Source of the DNA: Paramecium tetraurelia
Taxonomy: Eukaryota
Assembly: GCA_000165425.1 (NCBI GenBank)
Contig: CT868096.1
Span: 640,601 to 704,600, forward strand
Length of the DNA: 64,000 bases
Direction of reading: 5' to 3'
Program-made: the position numbers and the translations under genes
In this document: positions 1 through 14,911 of the stretch, in pieces
Layout: each line of letters begins with the position of its first letter
Numbering within the stretch: position 1 is the first letter of the stretch
Notes under the pieces: generated by a model
Told to the model about the DNA's origin: nothing
Databases searched by the model: none
The model's input: only the letters and a program-made list of their open reading frames with translations

Positions 1-41
1 AAATTAAATAAAATCTTTTTTTATTTAAGCAAGCATAAATT

Positions 42-670
42 ATGGGAATTTCAAGAGATAGCAGACACAAAAGAAGACTTACAGGAGGTCGTATGCCAAT
101 CCATAAGAAGAAAAGAGCTTTTGAGAAAGGAAGATAAGCTGCAATGACTAAATTAGTATCAGGAGAAAAGAGAGTTAGAAGATTAAGAGTGAGAGGAGGA
201 AATTTCAAATTCAGAGCACTCCGTTTATCAGAAGGCAATTTCTCTTGGGGAAGCCAAGGTGTTGCTAAAAAAGCTAAAATTGTTGAGGTGGTTTATCATC
301 CATCCAATAATGAATTGGTCAGAACCAAAACTTTGACCAGAGGTGTCATTGTCTAAGTTGATGCTACTCCATTCAAATAATGGTATGCCAAGAAATACAA
401 CGTTGAATTGGGATCAAAGAAGAAGAAGGTAATTGATCATCATAATCATAGGAAACAACTGGAGAATAACCTAAGAAATTAAGTTCAAAGCAAGAGAAAA
501 GAGCTAAGGAAAATGTTATTGATCAATTCGTCTAAGAATAATTTGCCAATCAAAGATTGTTAGTCAGAATTACATCAAGACCAGGATAATCAGGAAGAGC
601 CGATGGCTATATCTTGGAAGGAAAGGAATTAGAATTTTACATTAAGAAAATCGAATAAAAGAAGAAGTGA
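42..670 (+). CDS. RPS8: 40S ribosomal protein S8 (eS8)
   Basis: [16 protein letters not shown]...[11 protein letters not shown]...[22 protein letters not shown]; one 23-nt intron 429-451; in-frame TAA read as Gln; TGA 668-670. Confidence 0.98.
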
Positions 671-767
671 TTTCATCATCAATACATTAAATTGCATAAT
701 AATAGTACATCCTAGAAAATATATTGTATTTCATAAACACAATTTAAATTAAGATATTAAATTGATG

Positions 768-3589
<2,822 letters not shown>

Positions 3590-3666
3590 TAACGATGTTA
3601 AATAATTTAGATAAAAAATTAAATGTTATATTGATTCCTAATTTTATTTTTATTCATTATCTTAAA

Positions 3667-3861
3667 ATGTTGAGGGCATTGCTTTTCCTTCATCTTCTTA
3701 TTTATTTTTTGTGTTTTTAACATTTTTAAGCACAAAAAGATTTTATACTTATTATGACAAATAATGACGAATTCAGTATCTCAAGATACCCGTATAGAAG
3801 ATGGAATAGTTCTCACCATCTTAATGTGAAAATCGAGACACTAAGTAGAACATTATTATGA
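3667..3861 (+). CDS. Possible 64-aa peptide with hydrophobic N-terminus
   Basis: aaaATG context; MLRALLFLHLLIYFLCF...SRTLL*; fills the gap between two divergent genes; no recognised homology. Confidence 0.35.
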
Positions 3862-3893
3862 CTTATTTTATCATAAATATTACATAAATAAAA

Positions 3894-6800
3894 ATGCAAT
3901 TTCATTATCACAAGTAAGAATACAATAGAACATTCAAAAAGAGCATTTAATAATATAAGGGATTATTCTTTAAGAATATCAATCCTAAATTGGATATCTA
4001 TAGAGACAAATCGGTTTCGTTTAGAAATGGGAGAGTGATTGGAAAAACTTGGATTTAGGACATTACGTGTTTTGATGAAGAGATTGAAGATTGTTCATTT
4101 TACAAAAGAGGATGTCAGATTGTTCTAAGAAATTCATTAGACATCATTAGAGTGGTATCAGAGAACTTCAATACTTTTAGAATTAGAAAAAATGTTTCTC
4201 ATAGAATTTAACTAAATGAAGAAAATTATATCAACTATCATGAAGGAACATTAAATGGTTAACCAAATAGATTGATTACTCAAAATTCATATTATATAGA
4301 AGAGATGTGTTGTACAATCAATCAGAATCAGCTAATACCATTAGGAATCAAAATTGAACCTTTAATTAAATACTCTAAAATAAGATGCATCAAATTGTCA
4401 GAGGAAACCTATTGTTTACAATAAATAAATAAGGAGAAATGTTTAAATATTTTGATCCACCAAAATAAACAGGTCCCATTCTACAATGATGTGCTTTATC
4501 TAGAAGGTTAACTATCCTACATTAATGGCTATTTCCTGCTATTAAATAATGAAAAGTTATAAATGATTAATTCACATGGCGTTGAATATGAAGAAGCATT
4601 GCATGGACAATGTTACTTGGATGGATCTGAAATATTTATATTAAGAGACATTTCAATAGATGAGCAACAAGTTAAAAACACCATAGATTTTACTATTAAA
4701 GTCACAGGAGTATTGCTTAAATTGTAGATCATAACCAAATCTTTAAAGTTGAAAATGATGTTAGAAGATAATTAAATACCACCTGAAGAGATACCTGATT
4801 ACTTAGTTAAAATTAATGATTAAAAGTTCATTAAGGAAACTGTGAAAAAATTATGGAAACAAAAAAGCATCAATAAAATTCAATTAATTGAAATCTTCAA
4901 TGTATTAGTTGGAATGAAAAAGTCAACTAAATTAAGAGGAAAATTAAATTTATTGTAATGTTATGAGACTGAAAACTTAGACAATCTATCCTTTATTAAT
5001 TGTATTTAATCTGAAACTTGCAATCTTGAGTAAATAATTAGATTGTTTTAGAATCACGTCATTTACAATTATATTCACTTCCTGAATTTAATAATAAAGC
5101 ATAAACCAAAATTTCTTGATGAAGTCTTACCAAATGGGGCTTTATTTCAAAATTTTGAACCCCTTGAACAAGGAAGTCTTTCTAAATAAAATAAGCTTAA
5201 TGATTTGAGCTTTCTTGGTGGTTCTAATGTTCCAAAAATTTAGACCAATTATTAAAAGATTGCAACATAATTCTTGATTCAATGTCATGGCATATATTAT
5301 CTACCTTTCCAATAGGAGGATTTTACATATTTCTTATATGATCTATTGGTTAAAGGCGGTTAGTCAAGATTAACACTTAAGCAATTTATGCAAGAGTAAG
5401 ATAAATTATATACTCTTTTCACATATAGTTCAAAAGTAGAATCCCTTTTTGGAGAATTAAATCAATATTATAAATAGCATAATTTAAATTGGTTCGATGA
5501 AATGCTGAATCAATTAAGAAAAACTCAATATCCAGTTTAGATTTTCTAATCTATTCTAGACTACTGTCCTAATCTAAGTACTAAAGAATACCTTATTCCA
5601 GTTAATCTGGCATTTGAAAGAATTCTGACTTTCACAACAGATAACCATCAATAATTTTAGTAATTGTTAGATTCTTTCATATTTATCAGGAATTCATTTG
5701 ATTAAGATGAATATGATTAATTATAAAATCTAATTTCCTAATTGCAATAATCAACAATTCTATCTTAAATTATTTTAAACTTTAATGTCACTTATTAATT
5801 AAGTACGATCATAAATAAGATAATGCTAAATTCAGATGAATGTTAGAAATGCATAGAGTAATTACTTGAAAATTATCATGTAAATAGAGTCAAATAAATG
5901 TAATTTAAAATTACAGATAAAACCTTCAATTTATAAAACTAAAATGAATTGAAATAATGTTTTTCATATGGATTTAAGAATTATATAAAAGACGACAAAA
6001 AAATAGAAATATCCTTATTTAGAAAGAATCTTGAATTTGGTAAATACAGAGATGCTAAGCTTCTTTGTCAATCCTTTAATTTAAGCACCAATTAATTTGA
6101 TGAGGCAATATCAGATTCTATGTTTAGATATCTATAGCTTCAAAAGAAAATTGATTATATTGAAGATGAAAGGAAGAAGTTTTTAGAAATTGCAAACGAA
6201 GTGCAAAAAATTAAAAAAGAGAAACTTGTCAAAACAAAGAAAACCATGAGTCTATATAAATTCATTATTGAATCAAAAGAGGTGGGAAATTATAAAGACT
6301 TAGATTAATTTAAATGCAATTAGATTTTATTTCAAATTTATCGACGAACATAAAATTTAGATTTACCATACATAAGATTAAAAAAGAAATTAGCAAAAGC
6401 TAACGATTTAACTATATATGATCGAGAGTTTTGTAAATTTATGATAGAGTTAGCACAAAAGAATTTTACTATTAAACCACAAAAGGCCTAATTTATATTA
6501 GAAGATCTTTCTAAAAATGGAGATGAATTAATTTAATCTGAAGTATCAATAATTCTATTATAATTCTCAAAAGATGAAAACTAGAAAAGAGAACAGTACT
6601 GGAAGGTCTTAAAATAGTCGTCATCTGTAGATACAATTTAAACTTTATTAAAGTTTTAGCAAAAACAAACTAAATAAATCTAACTCATTCCTTAAAAAAT
6701 TGAAATACTTTGCAAGGAATTAATAGAAGTATCATTAGAAAATTCAATCAGCCTAGCAAAATTTGAATAAGAATATAAAAAATTTTATACTGAGAATATA

Positions 6801-7751
6801 ACTGATGTCGTATTTCTGGATGCTCTATTAAAAGATCCCCAAGAGGCTTTCTTTTTGCTGTAAATAAAACAATCCTAAAACAGTAAGTTGTTGATTCAGA
6901 AATTAGTTTAAAGCCAATTATTGAATTCAGAAAAAATATTAATTTATTATATTCAAACATTTGTAAAGCCACTTAATGTAATCAATCTGTTATAGGGAGA
7001 TGATTAGGAACTTGAAGAATTAGCTTAAGCTCTTGTCATTAGTTAACATAAACAAATTTTTGATAAAAAATGCATCTTCAATAAAAATGAAAGACTAATC
7101 TAAATTATGGAAAGATTAGACACTTTAGAGTTGGATAATATTATTCCCGAATTCAAATATTTTAAGGATTTAAACTTTTAAGAATTAAAGATTCAAAATT
7201 TTCTAAAGAGAATACAATAAGTTGATCTGAAAGAATATTATTAAAATAATGAATAAGGTTTGAAAAGTTATGTCAAAAATTAAATTAAACTCATCCCTGA
7301 AATAATTAATATCAAAATAGATTTACGATATCATTTTATTATTTATGAAGACATTTATGGATTCACTCCTATAGAGAAATAACTTATTCGATCTTTCATC
7401 AAGCAGTGTGTAATTAATAATAAACCATTTATATATTATGATAAGATATATAAATAAATCATATCTAAGGAATTCGATTTTGAGTAAGTGAAAGACGATT
7501 TTTATGAAATAATTGAATGCGAATGTATTTTCATAATGATTGAAATAGCAAAATATTATTTTTAAAAATAGAAAGAAGTCATCTAACTTTATTGTAAAAA
7601 GTTATTATCAAGAAATTAAATTAATGATGAAGTCACATTTTGGCTCAAGCAAGACCCTCAAGATTAAGTAAGGAATATTTTATTTGACACTTTAAAATAG
7701 TAGAGCACATCTTTATAACTAAATAATGAACTGAGATCATTGATTGTTTGA
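3894..7751 (+). CDS. Large apparently intronless hypothetical protein (~1285 aa), helical C-terminal part
   Basis: Single code-6 frame from ATG 3894 to TGA 7749-7751; frame spot-checked at several points. Confidence 0.8.
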
Positions 7752-8134
7752 ACAATTAATAATTTATTTTATTATTAATATTTATAATTAGGCTGTTTAT
7801 CGTTAATATATTTGCCATTTTTATTCATAATATTTATACAATTATATTTTAGACCTGTTCTTTTATATACATGAAGAAATTGATTTTTAATTGACTAAAT
7901 AAAGTTTAATAAACAAATTAAGTTTGTAATTTAAATTTACATTCAGAAAAGAACAAAGAATCTATATTTTTTATTCATTAAAATCTAATTTTACAGTTGG
8001 AAAAATACCAAGTCAAGAATTTGTCATTAGTTTTTGATCAAAAAATTAACAATTAACAAATGAATAAATCTCATAATTGTTAATATTTTTTGATTATTTG
8101 ATAAAATTTAATTGATAAAAAATATTTATTTTCT

Positions 8135-10003
8135 ATGGATAACTAATAATTGATCGAAGAACCTTAGATTATCAACTATGAATATTAAAATCCAGAAAGA
8201 TCATAAGAAGGATTTAGAAGTTTAAAACCTTTAAATGAGTAAGATGAAATTTAATAAATCAATAAGTCTCAATTAAAGAATTTAAATTCATCTTCTATTT
8301 AAGGTTTTTCTAAATAATAGAGCGGAATAGGCCAAGAGAATCAAGATGATGACTTAAATTTCATTTAAAAAGAAAAATAAGGAAAAAATAGTATTGAAAC
8401 CCTGTAAGGTGAATAATAATAAATCCCACTTTAATAATTTAATTAAAAAGAAGAGAACTTAATTGAAAATGAATCAAAGGTTCCTGAAGTTTAAATACAC
8501 CAAAAGAAAATACAGAAAACAGATGATAAAGAACTCAAAAATTATTCTCAATTTAATAATAATTCCAAAACAAAGGATGTTAAACAAGTGACAATTAATC
8601 TCTCAATCGAATAGAATTCTAAACATAATTCAGATTTGAAAAATGAATAATAATAAAACATTAAAAAAAATTTTTAGAAATAAATATAATAATACAAGAG
8701 AGATGAGAAATAATGTAATTAGATGATAGAATCTAATTTAAATCAAATCTTTTTATTTTATACTAATTAATTTTAAACTCATAATAAACAAACAAAAGAT
8801 TAAATTTTATAAAAATAAGTTTTAAATTTACAATAATTTATGAATTTTTGCAAAGATTTTCAAATACTAGATTTATAAGTGACTAATGAATTTATTTAAT
8901 AATATGCTGGTCACAAAGTCTAAAAACCTTTGTATAAAATAAAATATAAGAACAGAGTCGGAGGTACTTACGTAATTTCAAAGTATATCCTAGAGGAAAT
9001 TTTTTAGAAATGTTCAAATATTCATTAATTAAGTTTTTAAGAGTTTTTATACTCTTTGATAAAAATAGCAGATATTACATTTCCAGTTTCTAACTCATTG
9101 CAAGCATTTTATTTGTATTTAGGCTTTCATGATCCAGAAATCTATTCCAAAAAGTTAATAAATCCTTAAGATATGAATTAAACTAGAATGCAAGTTTAAA
9201 CCACTCCTAATATTAAATAAGAACTTAAAATCACCCGTTCAGTAGAAAAATAAACAAAATCTCAAAACCATAGAATTGATTATTTATAACCGATTTCTAA
9301 GTTGAATTAGATTTAACTTCTGCAAAAAAACACTAAAATATACTCAAATAGAAATTAGGGATAAATTGTTAAATACGATTATAGAGATGACATTTGTGAT
9401 TTTGACCCTAGAAAATTACTTTTGGAAGGCGATCTAATAGACTAAGAGGATGAATTTTATTTAAGAGATTATTAGATAAATAACCAAGGAGGAGTTAAAA
9501 AATAAGAACTTATCAATTAATATTAGGAAAGAATCAAATATTACTAGTATCCATATTAAAACTAATAATCTAAAAGTAAGCAAGGTTAAACAGAATAAAT
9601 ATATATATAATAAAATCAATAAGATTTATAACAAAATTTGAGGCTTCAACAAAACACTATGTCTATAAAAACTATTTTAGAAAAGCAAGATGCTTATCTG
9701 GTCAATTCTAAAATAAATTAAACGACAAAATAATTGTAAAAGTAAAAATTTTAATAAATTCATCCTAATTCATTTGAACTTAGGAATAATTATAATATTG
9801 TAAAATAACTTCCAGCCTTAAATTTATCTTATGCTTACCCAAATATAAGTTCATCGATTGAGAGAGATTAGTTAAATACATCCTAAAATCACTAGTAAAT
9901 CAAAGAGAACACAAAAAGATTGGAAACAACGAATGAAAAAAGGGAATTGAAAGGAATCTTAAAAAATTAGTACTATTCAATTAGAAAGATTTTTAGAAAA
10001 TGA
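8135..10003 (+). CDS. Hypothetical Q/N-rich protein with central EF-hand-like/p25-alpha-like helical module
   Basis: Open code-6 frame; LNLQQFMNFCKDFQI...EEIFQKCS...LSFQEFLYSLIKIA. Confidence 0.75.
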
Positions 10004-10367
10004 GTTTCATTTTATTAATACTTAATCTCTCATGTTTATTTCTTCAATATAAAATCTAAACTTTGTTATCTGTATATATTAAATTACAATATATTATCAA
10101 TTAGCATTTAGAGAAGCTAAAAAATTAAAGAAATCAAGTTAATCATAGAATTCGTATTGAAATTAATTATAAAGTTGTTAGTAGTATAATTAGATCACTG
10201 AAAATGAACAGATAATTATTCTTAATCAAGCTAGAAGTCCTGAAATAGGAGAGACACGAATAGATTCAAAAAGGTAATAGACCTTTATGAAGATCTAATA
10301 TTAGAACCAATAAATGTGGATGTAAATTAATATAAAAAAATTATACGTTTTTGAATATAATAATATA

Positions 10368-12387
10368 ATGAAATTCATTGCACTAGCGATGTTAGTGATG
10401 TTAGCAACATCACAAGAATTCGTAGAATTTTACTCTGCTTTTTCAAATGCAGACGTAGGTTAATTGGAGGGTTGGACAATACAAGGATAATTGGCAAAAG
10501 CTTAAGCTGATAATTTTTTTACTTGTTCAGATGCCACTGTCTTTGGAGGACCTAAGACATTTGGTAAAGGTGCAATAGTTACCAAACAATTTTAATTGCC
10601 TCCACATTTTTAGATTAAAATATAAGTTGAAGTCTGGAAGTATAATAATTCATTAATTTTAGATTCGATGCATGGGACACTTAGAGATAGTTCTTTTATT
10701 TGGACAATTACCTTTGGGAAACTATGTGGACTGGAAGTGATGGAACAAAGAGATGTGCAACTCCAGCAGGTGGTAATGTGAATTCATTCTCAGTTGATTA
10801 AACAATAACTCATAATCATGCAGCATTATTTATTGCATTTGCATCTTCAGCTGATAAAACTGCCGATAAAGTATAATTAATACTAATCTTTAGATGTCTT
10901 GGGGTTTTAGAAAATTAAAATTATCCTATTTGCCATGTCCAGCTGAATGTGGTACATGTCTTGGCCCAGACGCTATTGTTTGTTAAATGTGGGTGCCAGT
11001 ATCGTCAAGTTGGATAAAGAATATTGATGCTGATGGATGGAGTGCAAAAGGATCTTCAACTGTTATTAAATCAAGTACTTGTGCTGGAATTCCAATCATT
11101 GGTGGTCCAGGTAATTTCGGTAATAACGTTTCAATTTAAAAAATCTTTGATAAGCTTGTCCCACATTATAGAATTAAGGTGATAGCATAATTTTGGAAGA
11201 TTGATAATTGGGATAATGATAATGCAGTTTTGTCTATTGATAATCAAGAAAAGTGGAAATAGAATGTAGCTTAAGTAGAAGATAAGGAATATTTCATTTG
11301 TGATAAGATCAGTCCAGGAGGTGTTGATGGAACAGAAAAGATTATTAATGTTAACTTTGAAACTCCTCATAATTATGGTGCTGCCCTTGTAAAATGGACA
11401 TCCACAATCAAGAAGTCATCAAAATAAGCCTCTTGGGGTATTAGATAATTCCAACTGTATGTTGCATAATGTTCAAGCAATTGTGCAACTTGTACTGGAC
11501 CAAGTGTTGAAGATTGTACAGCTTGCGTTTCTCCTTATGTATTATTGGACCCAGAAGATGGAAATGGATCTGGTTGTGTATTGAAAGGAGATTGGGTTGA
11601 ATTCACATCAGAATTCTAAGGAGCAGGTTGGACAGCTAATGCAGATTGGAAAGTTGCTGATGGTAAAAATGGACCAGATTTTACAACACAATGTGGAGAA
11701 TTCAAATTCTTTGGTGGTTTTGATAAGACTGGAAAAGATGCTAAAATCACTAGAAAATTCAATTTACCTGCTCATAAAAGAATTAGAATTGCATTTGAAG
11801 CTTGGAAGATTGATAATTGGAATGGAGAAGATTATTTTGTTAAAGTTGATGGATTAAATGTTTGGTAAAGAACATTTGGATTTGGAGATCCTGGACTTGC
11901 TGATATTTGTGGTGGAGATGGATTTGAAAATTATGCTATTGTTGATTTTGTTATTGGACATGAAACACCCACTTTGGATTTACTTATATCAACCACTATT
12001 GGAAAAAACAATGATAATGCTTCATTTGCACTTAAAGGATTTAAACTCTATTATGAAAAACCAGATGCCTGTGCCACTCTTTATACAGAATGCAATTATA
12101 CAGGTAACCATTGTATTCTATTAATTACTTAGGAAAATCATTTAACATGTGTGAAGATTTACCTAATTTCTAATTAGCTAAATATCCAAAGCAAAATCAA
12201 ATCAATTTAAGTCCCAGCAGGAGCCAAAGTCATTCTCTTTTGATGAAATGGATTATAATGGTATCTAATAGTTGTATAAATAGGAAAAACAATCGAATAC
12301 ACTGAAAATCAAAAGTGCATTGAAGAATATCAATACAAATTCCTTTAAACAAACTCTTAAAGTTATGTCTTAACAGCCAACAATTGA
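10368..12387 (+). CDS. Secreted protein: signal peptide, three LPPH/WKIDxWD/SWG modules separated by furin-like Cys repeats, C-terminal beta/gamma-crystallin-like domain
   Basis: MKFIALAMLVMLATSQ; CPAECGTC, CSSNCATC; CATLYTECNYTGKS...IKSIQVPAGAKVILFDEMDYNG; 4 short introns; two apparent +1 indels near 12193 and 12240. Confidence 0.85.
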
Positions 12388-12406
12388 TATAATAAATAGC
12401 ATATAA

Positions 12407-13366
12407 TCATAAAAATCCAACCTTTTTTTTGGTGTTTTTGCTCCGATCTTACTTTGGTTCGTTTTTATCATTTTCTAATATTTGTTATCCCTTTCCGTCA
12501 AACATGTCAGATAATGTATTTTCATAACTTTACCAAATATTTTCTTCTAAATAATTTAAATCTTTAATTTACTTTTCTTCATATTTGAAGAGACATTTTC
12601 ATTCTTATTTTATTGCTGTTGCGGTTGTCTTTTTTTCATTTGTTATAATGATTTATTCACTTTATTAATTGCATAATATTAGATGAAATAATTTGCCATA
12701 GGAGTAAAGTTTATTTAACATATCTTCTCATGGTCAATTTGATCATCTAAAATGTATACACTCAAGTCTTCATCCTTGTCTCTTACTTTATATTAGGCTC
12801 TTTCTTTTTCATTCAATCTCTTTATGTAATCCTATTCTAACTATGAAAACGCAGATTTATAATTGTTGCATCTATTTTCTAAGGAATGGATGGTCAACAA
12901 CAAAGGATTAATAATGTCATTTATAAGAATTTTGTTATGATATTGGTCATCTACGATTTTGCAATCGAACACCCATGTTAGAGTGTAGATCTTGATTACA
13001 TTACTATAGCCATAATACAAAGAAGAGTCATTCAACTTGAAGGAGTATTCTGCTTGAGGGTCAAATTTGAGGGCCAACTCTAATAAATCCAACACTCCTT
13101 AGAAATTCGTTGTTTATATTGATTTATTGTAAAGTTCTTTATCCTTTTAAATGCGGTCTTTATTGAGCTTGCAAATCCATGATTATCTGAGATTTGTTAT
13201 GACTATATCTTATTTATAAATAGTACAAATTAAGCACTTATCTATATTGATTCCAGCTCGTATTATATAAGGTGTGTTTCTACATCCTGTCCACAAGGGT
13301 TAAACTGGAATTAGTAATTGAGTGAATACCTTTCAAGAAATTGACATCCTCCTCTTCGACATTCAT
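12407..13366 (-). CDS. XLF: XLF/Cernunnos (NHEJ1)-like protein
   Basis: ITNLRQSWICKLNKDRIQKDKELYNKSI and LTWVFDC...IINPLLLTIHSL resemble the XLF head and stalk; C-terminal KKKVGFL* resembles a Ku-binding motif; intron 13305-13329; frameshift in an A-run at ~12600-12637. Confidence 0.72.
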
Positions 13367-13643
13367 TTTTTTTTAAATTAATTAATTTATGAATACTCAT
13401 AATTATAAAGAAATAAGTTATATCTATCATTTTTAAATCCTCATTCAAATGTTCTTTGCTTATAGATTAGGACTGATTAAGCATCCCTGAGATTAATATT
13501 GATAAATGTAACATAAGGATCTTGCTGATGTATATTTCTAAATGATAATAATTATTGGTTGATTTATAATTCAATATAATATCTTTCTTAAGATTTTTCT
13601 AACAATTTAATTATGAGCAATCATATAATTAATATTTAATCAA

Positions 13644-13940
13644 ATGGGATGTTCCTTAAAAAAAGAAAAACAAATCTCAACTATTAATATTAACGAGCAA
13701 AAAACTTATTATTTTGTGATAATGAATGGAGAAAAAGAACTCAAAAAGTTTAAAAAGGCAAGCAGATTCCCAAATTCAATACCAATTTTGGGCTCAATAG
13801 GTATTATTTAACATTCAGTAAAACTAGATTATAGTACGATAATATAGAGAAGAAATAAACTCTTTCAAACTAAAATTGATCGAAATGCATTGGAAATGCA
13901 GAATATTGAGATTTTAGCCTAGTAACAACAAAAAAAATGA
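13644..13940 (+). CDS. Small N-myristoylated/palmitoylated (MGC) hypothetical protein
   Basis: MGCSLKKEKQIS...IIQRRNKL...QQKK*; probable 27-nt intron 13801-13827. Confidence 0.65.
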
Positions 13941-14911
13941 GTTAATATTTATATTTCTAAAGGATCATCGAGATAATTTATATTATATCAATGACCAGCT
14001 TTTATACTATCATATTGATGTTAATGACGAAAATTTGATAATTATAATGTAACTTTTTGATTTGGAGATATTAAGATACTTTTAAAAATCTTAATTCCTC
14101 TATTATAGAGGTTAAAAAATAGTGATTAATTTAATATAAATTTAAAATGATTAAATATTGCACTTTCTAATATCCACAAAATATTATACAGTTTTAATCA
14201 ATCATATCTTAAAGAACTAATGAATTAGTTAAGTAGTAAAATATTCCTTAACATTATTTCTTAACTCTGGAATGATCTAAGGGAATATAATAAAGATAAA
14301 AATATACATTTCTCAATATTTCAACTAAGATAGTTCAGAATAATGTGAATGATGAATTAGCAATTGAGAATCACTGCAATGTTCATCTTCAAGAGTTATC
14401 TTATACATATATTATAATCCTTATTAATAATAAATATAAAACAATCAAAAAGGCACTGTCCACAAAAAGTCATAAATTATTCTTACTTCTTGAAGTTTTT
14501 ATGGTTCAAATTGCATAAATGCCTTAATACTTTAGTTCTAAATATAAAATGAGGAAGACATAGAATCAATTTAAAAATATGAAGAAAAATAAAATAACAA
14601 TTTTATTATCAAAATATATAGAAATACAGAAAATACACTAGTCATAAAGTGATAAAGATATGAATAGAATTATTTATGATATTTAAATAAATTTATAGTG
14701 ATAATTATGAATATCTTAAAAGTAAATACTAGATCTTTCATTTTTCAGAACTTTTGGAAAATTTGAGTATAAAATAGTCAGAAATATTAAGAATTATTAT
14801 GACCAACATATTTTTACTGTTACTGATAAAAATACTAATGGTAGTCTTTCTTTCAGATTTTAAGTAAATACTTATTTAATATATTAAAATATACAATTTA
14901 AAATTAACAAA

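Noticed and set aside
13960..14900. Retained IES or transposon in a long AT-rich gap (TACAGTT near 14187)
   Set aside because: No matching inverted TA-bounded right end, no transposase or RT motifs, and no interrupted gene to test against
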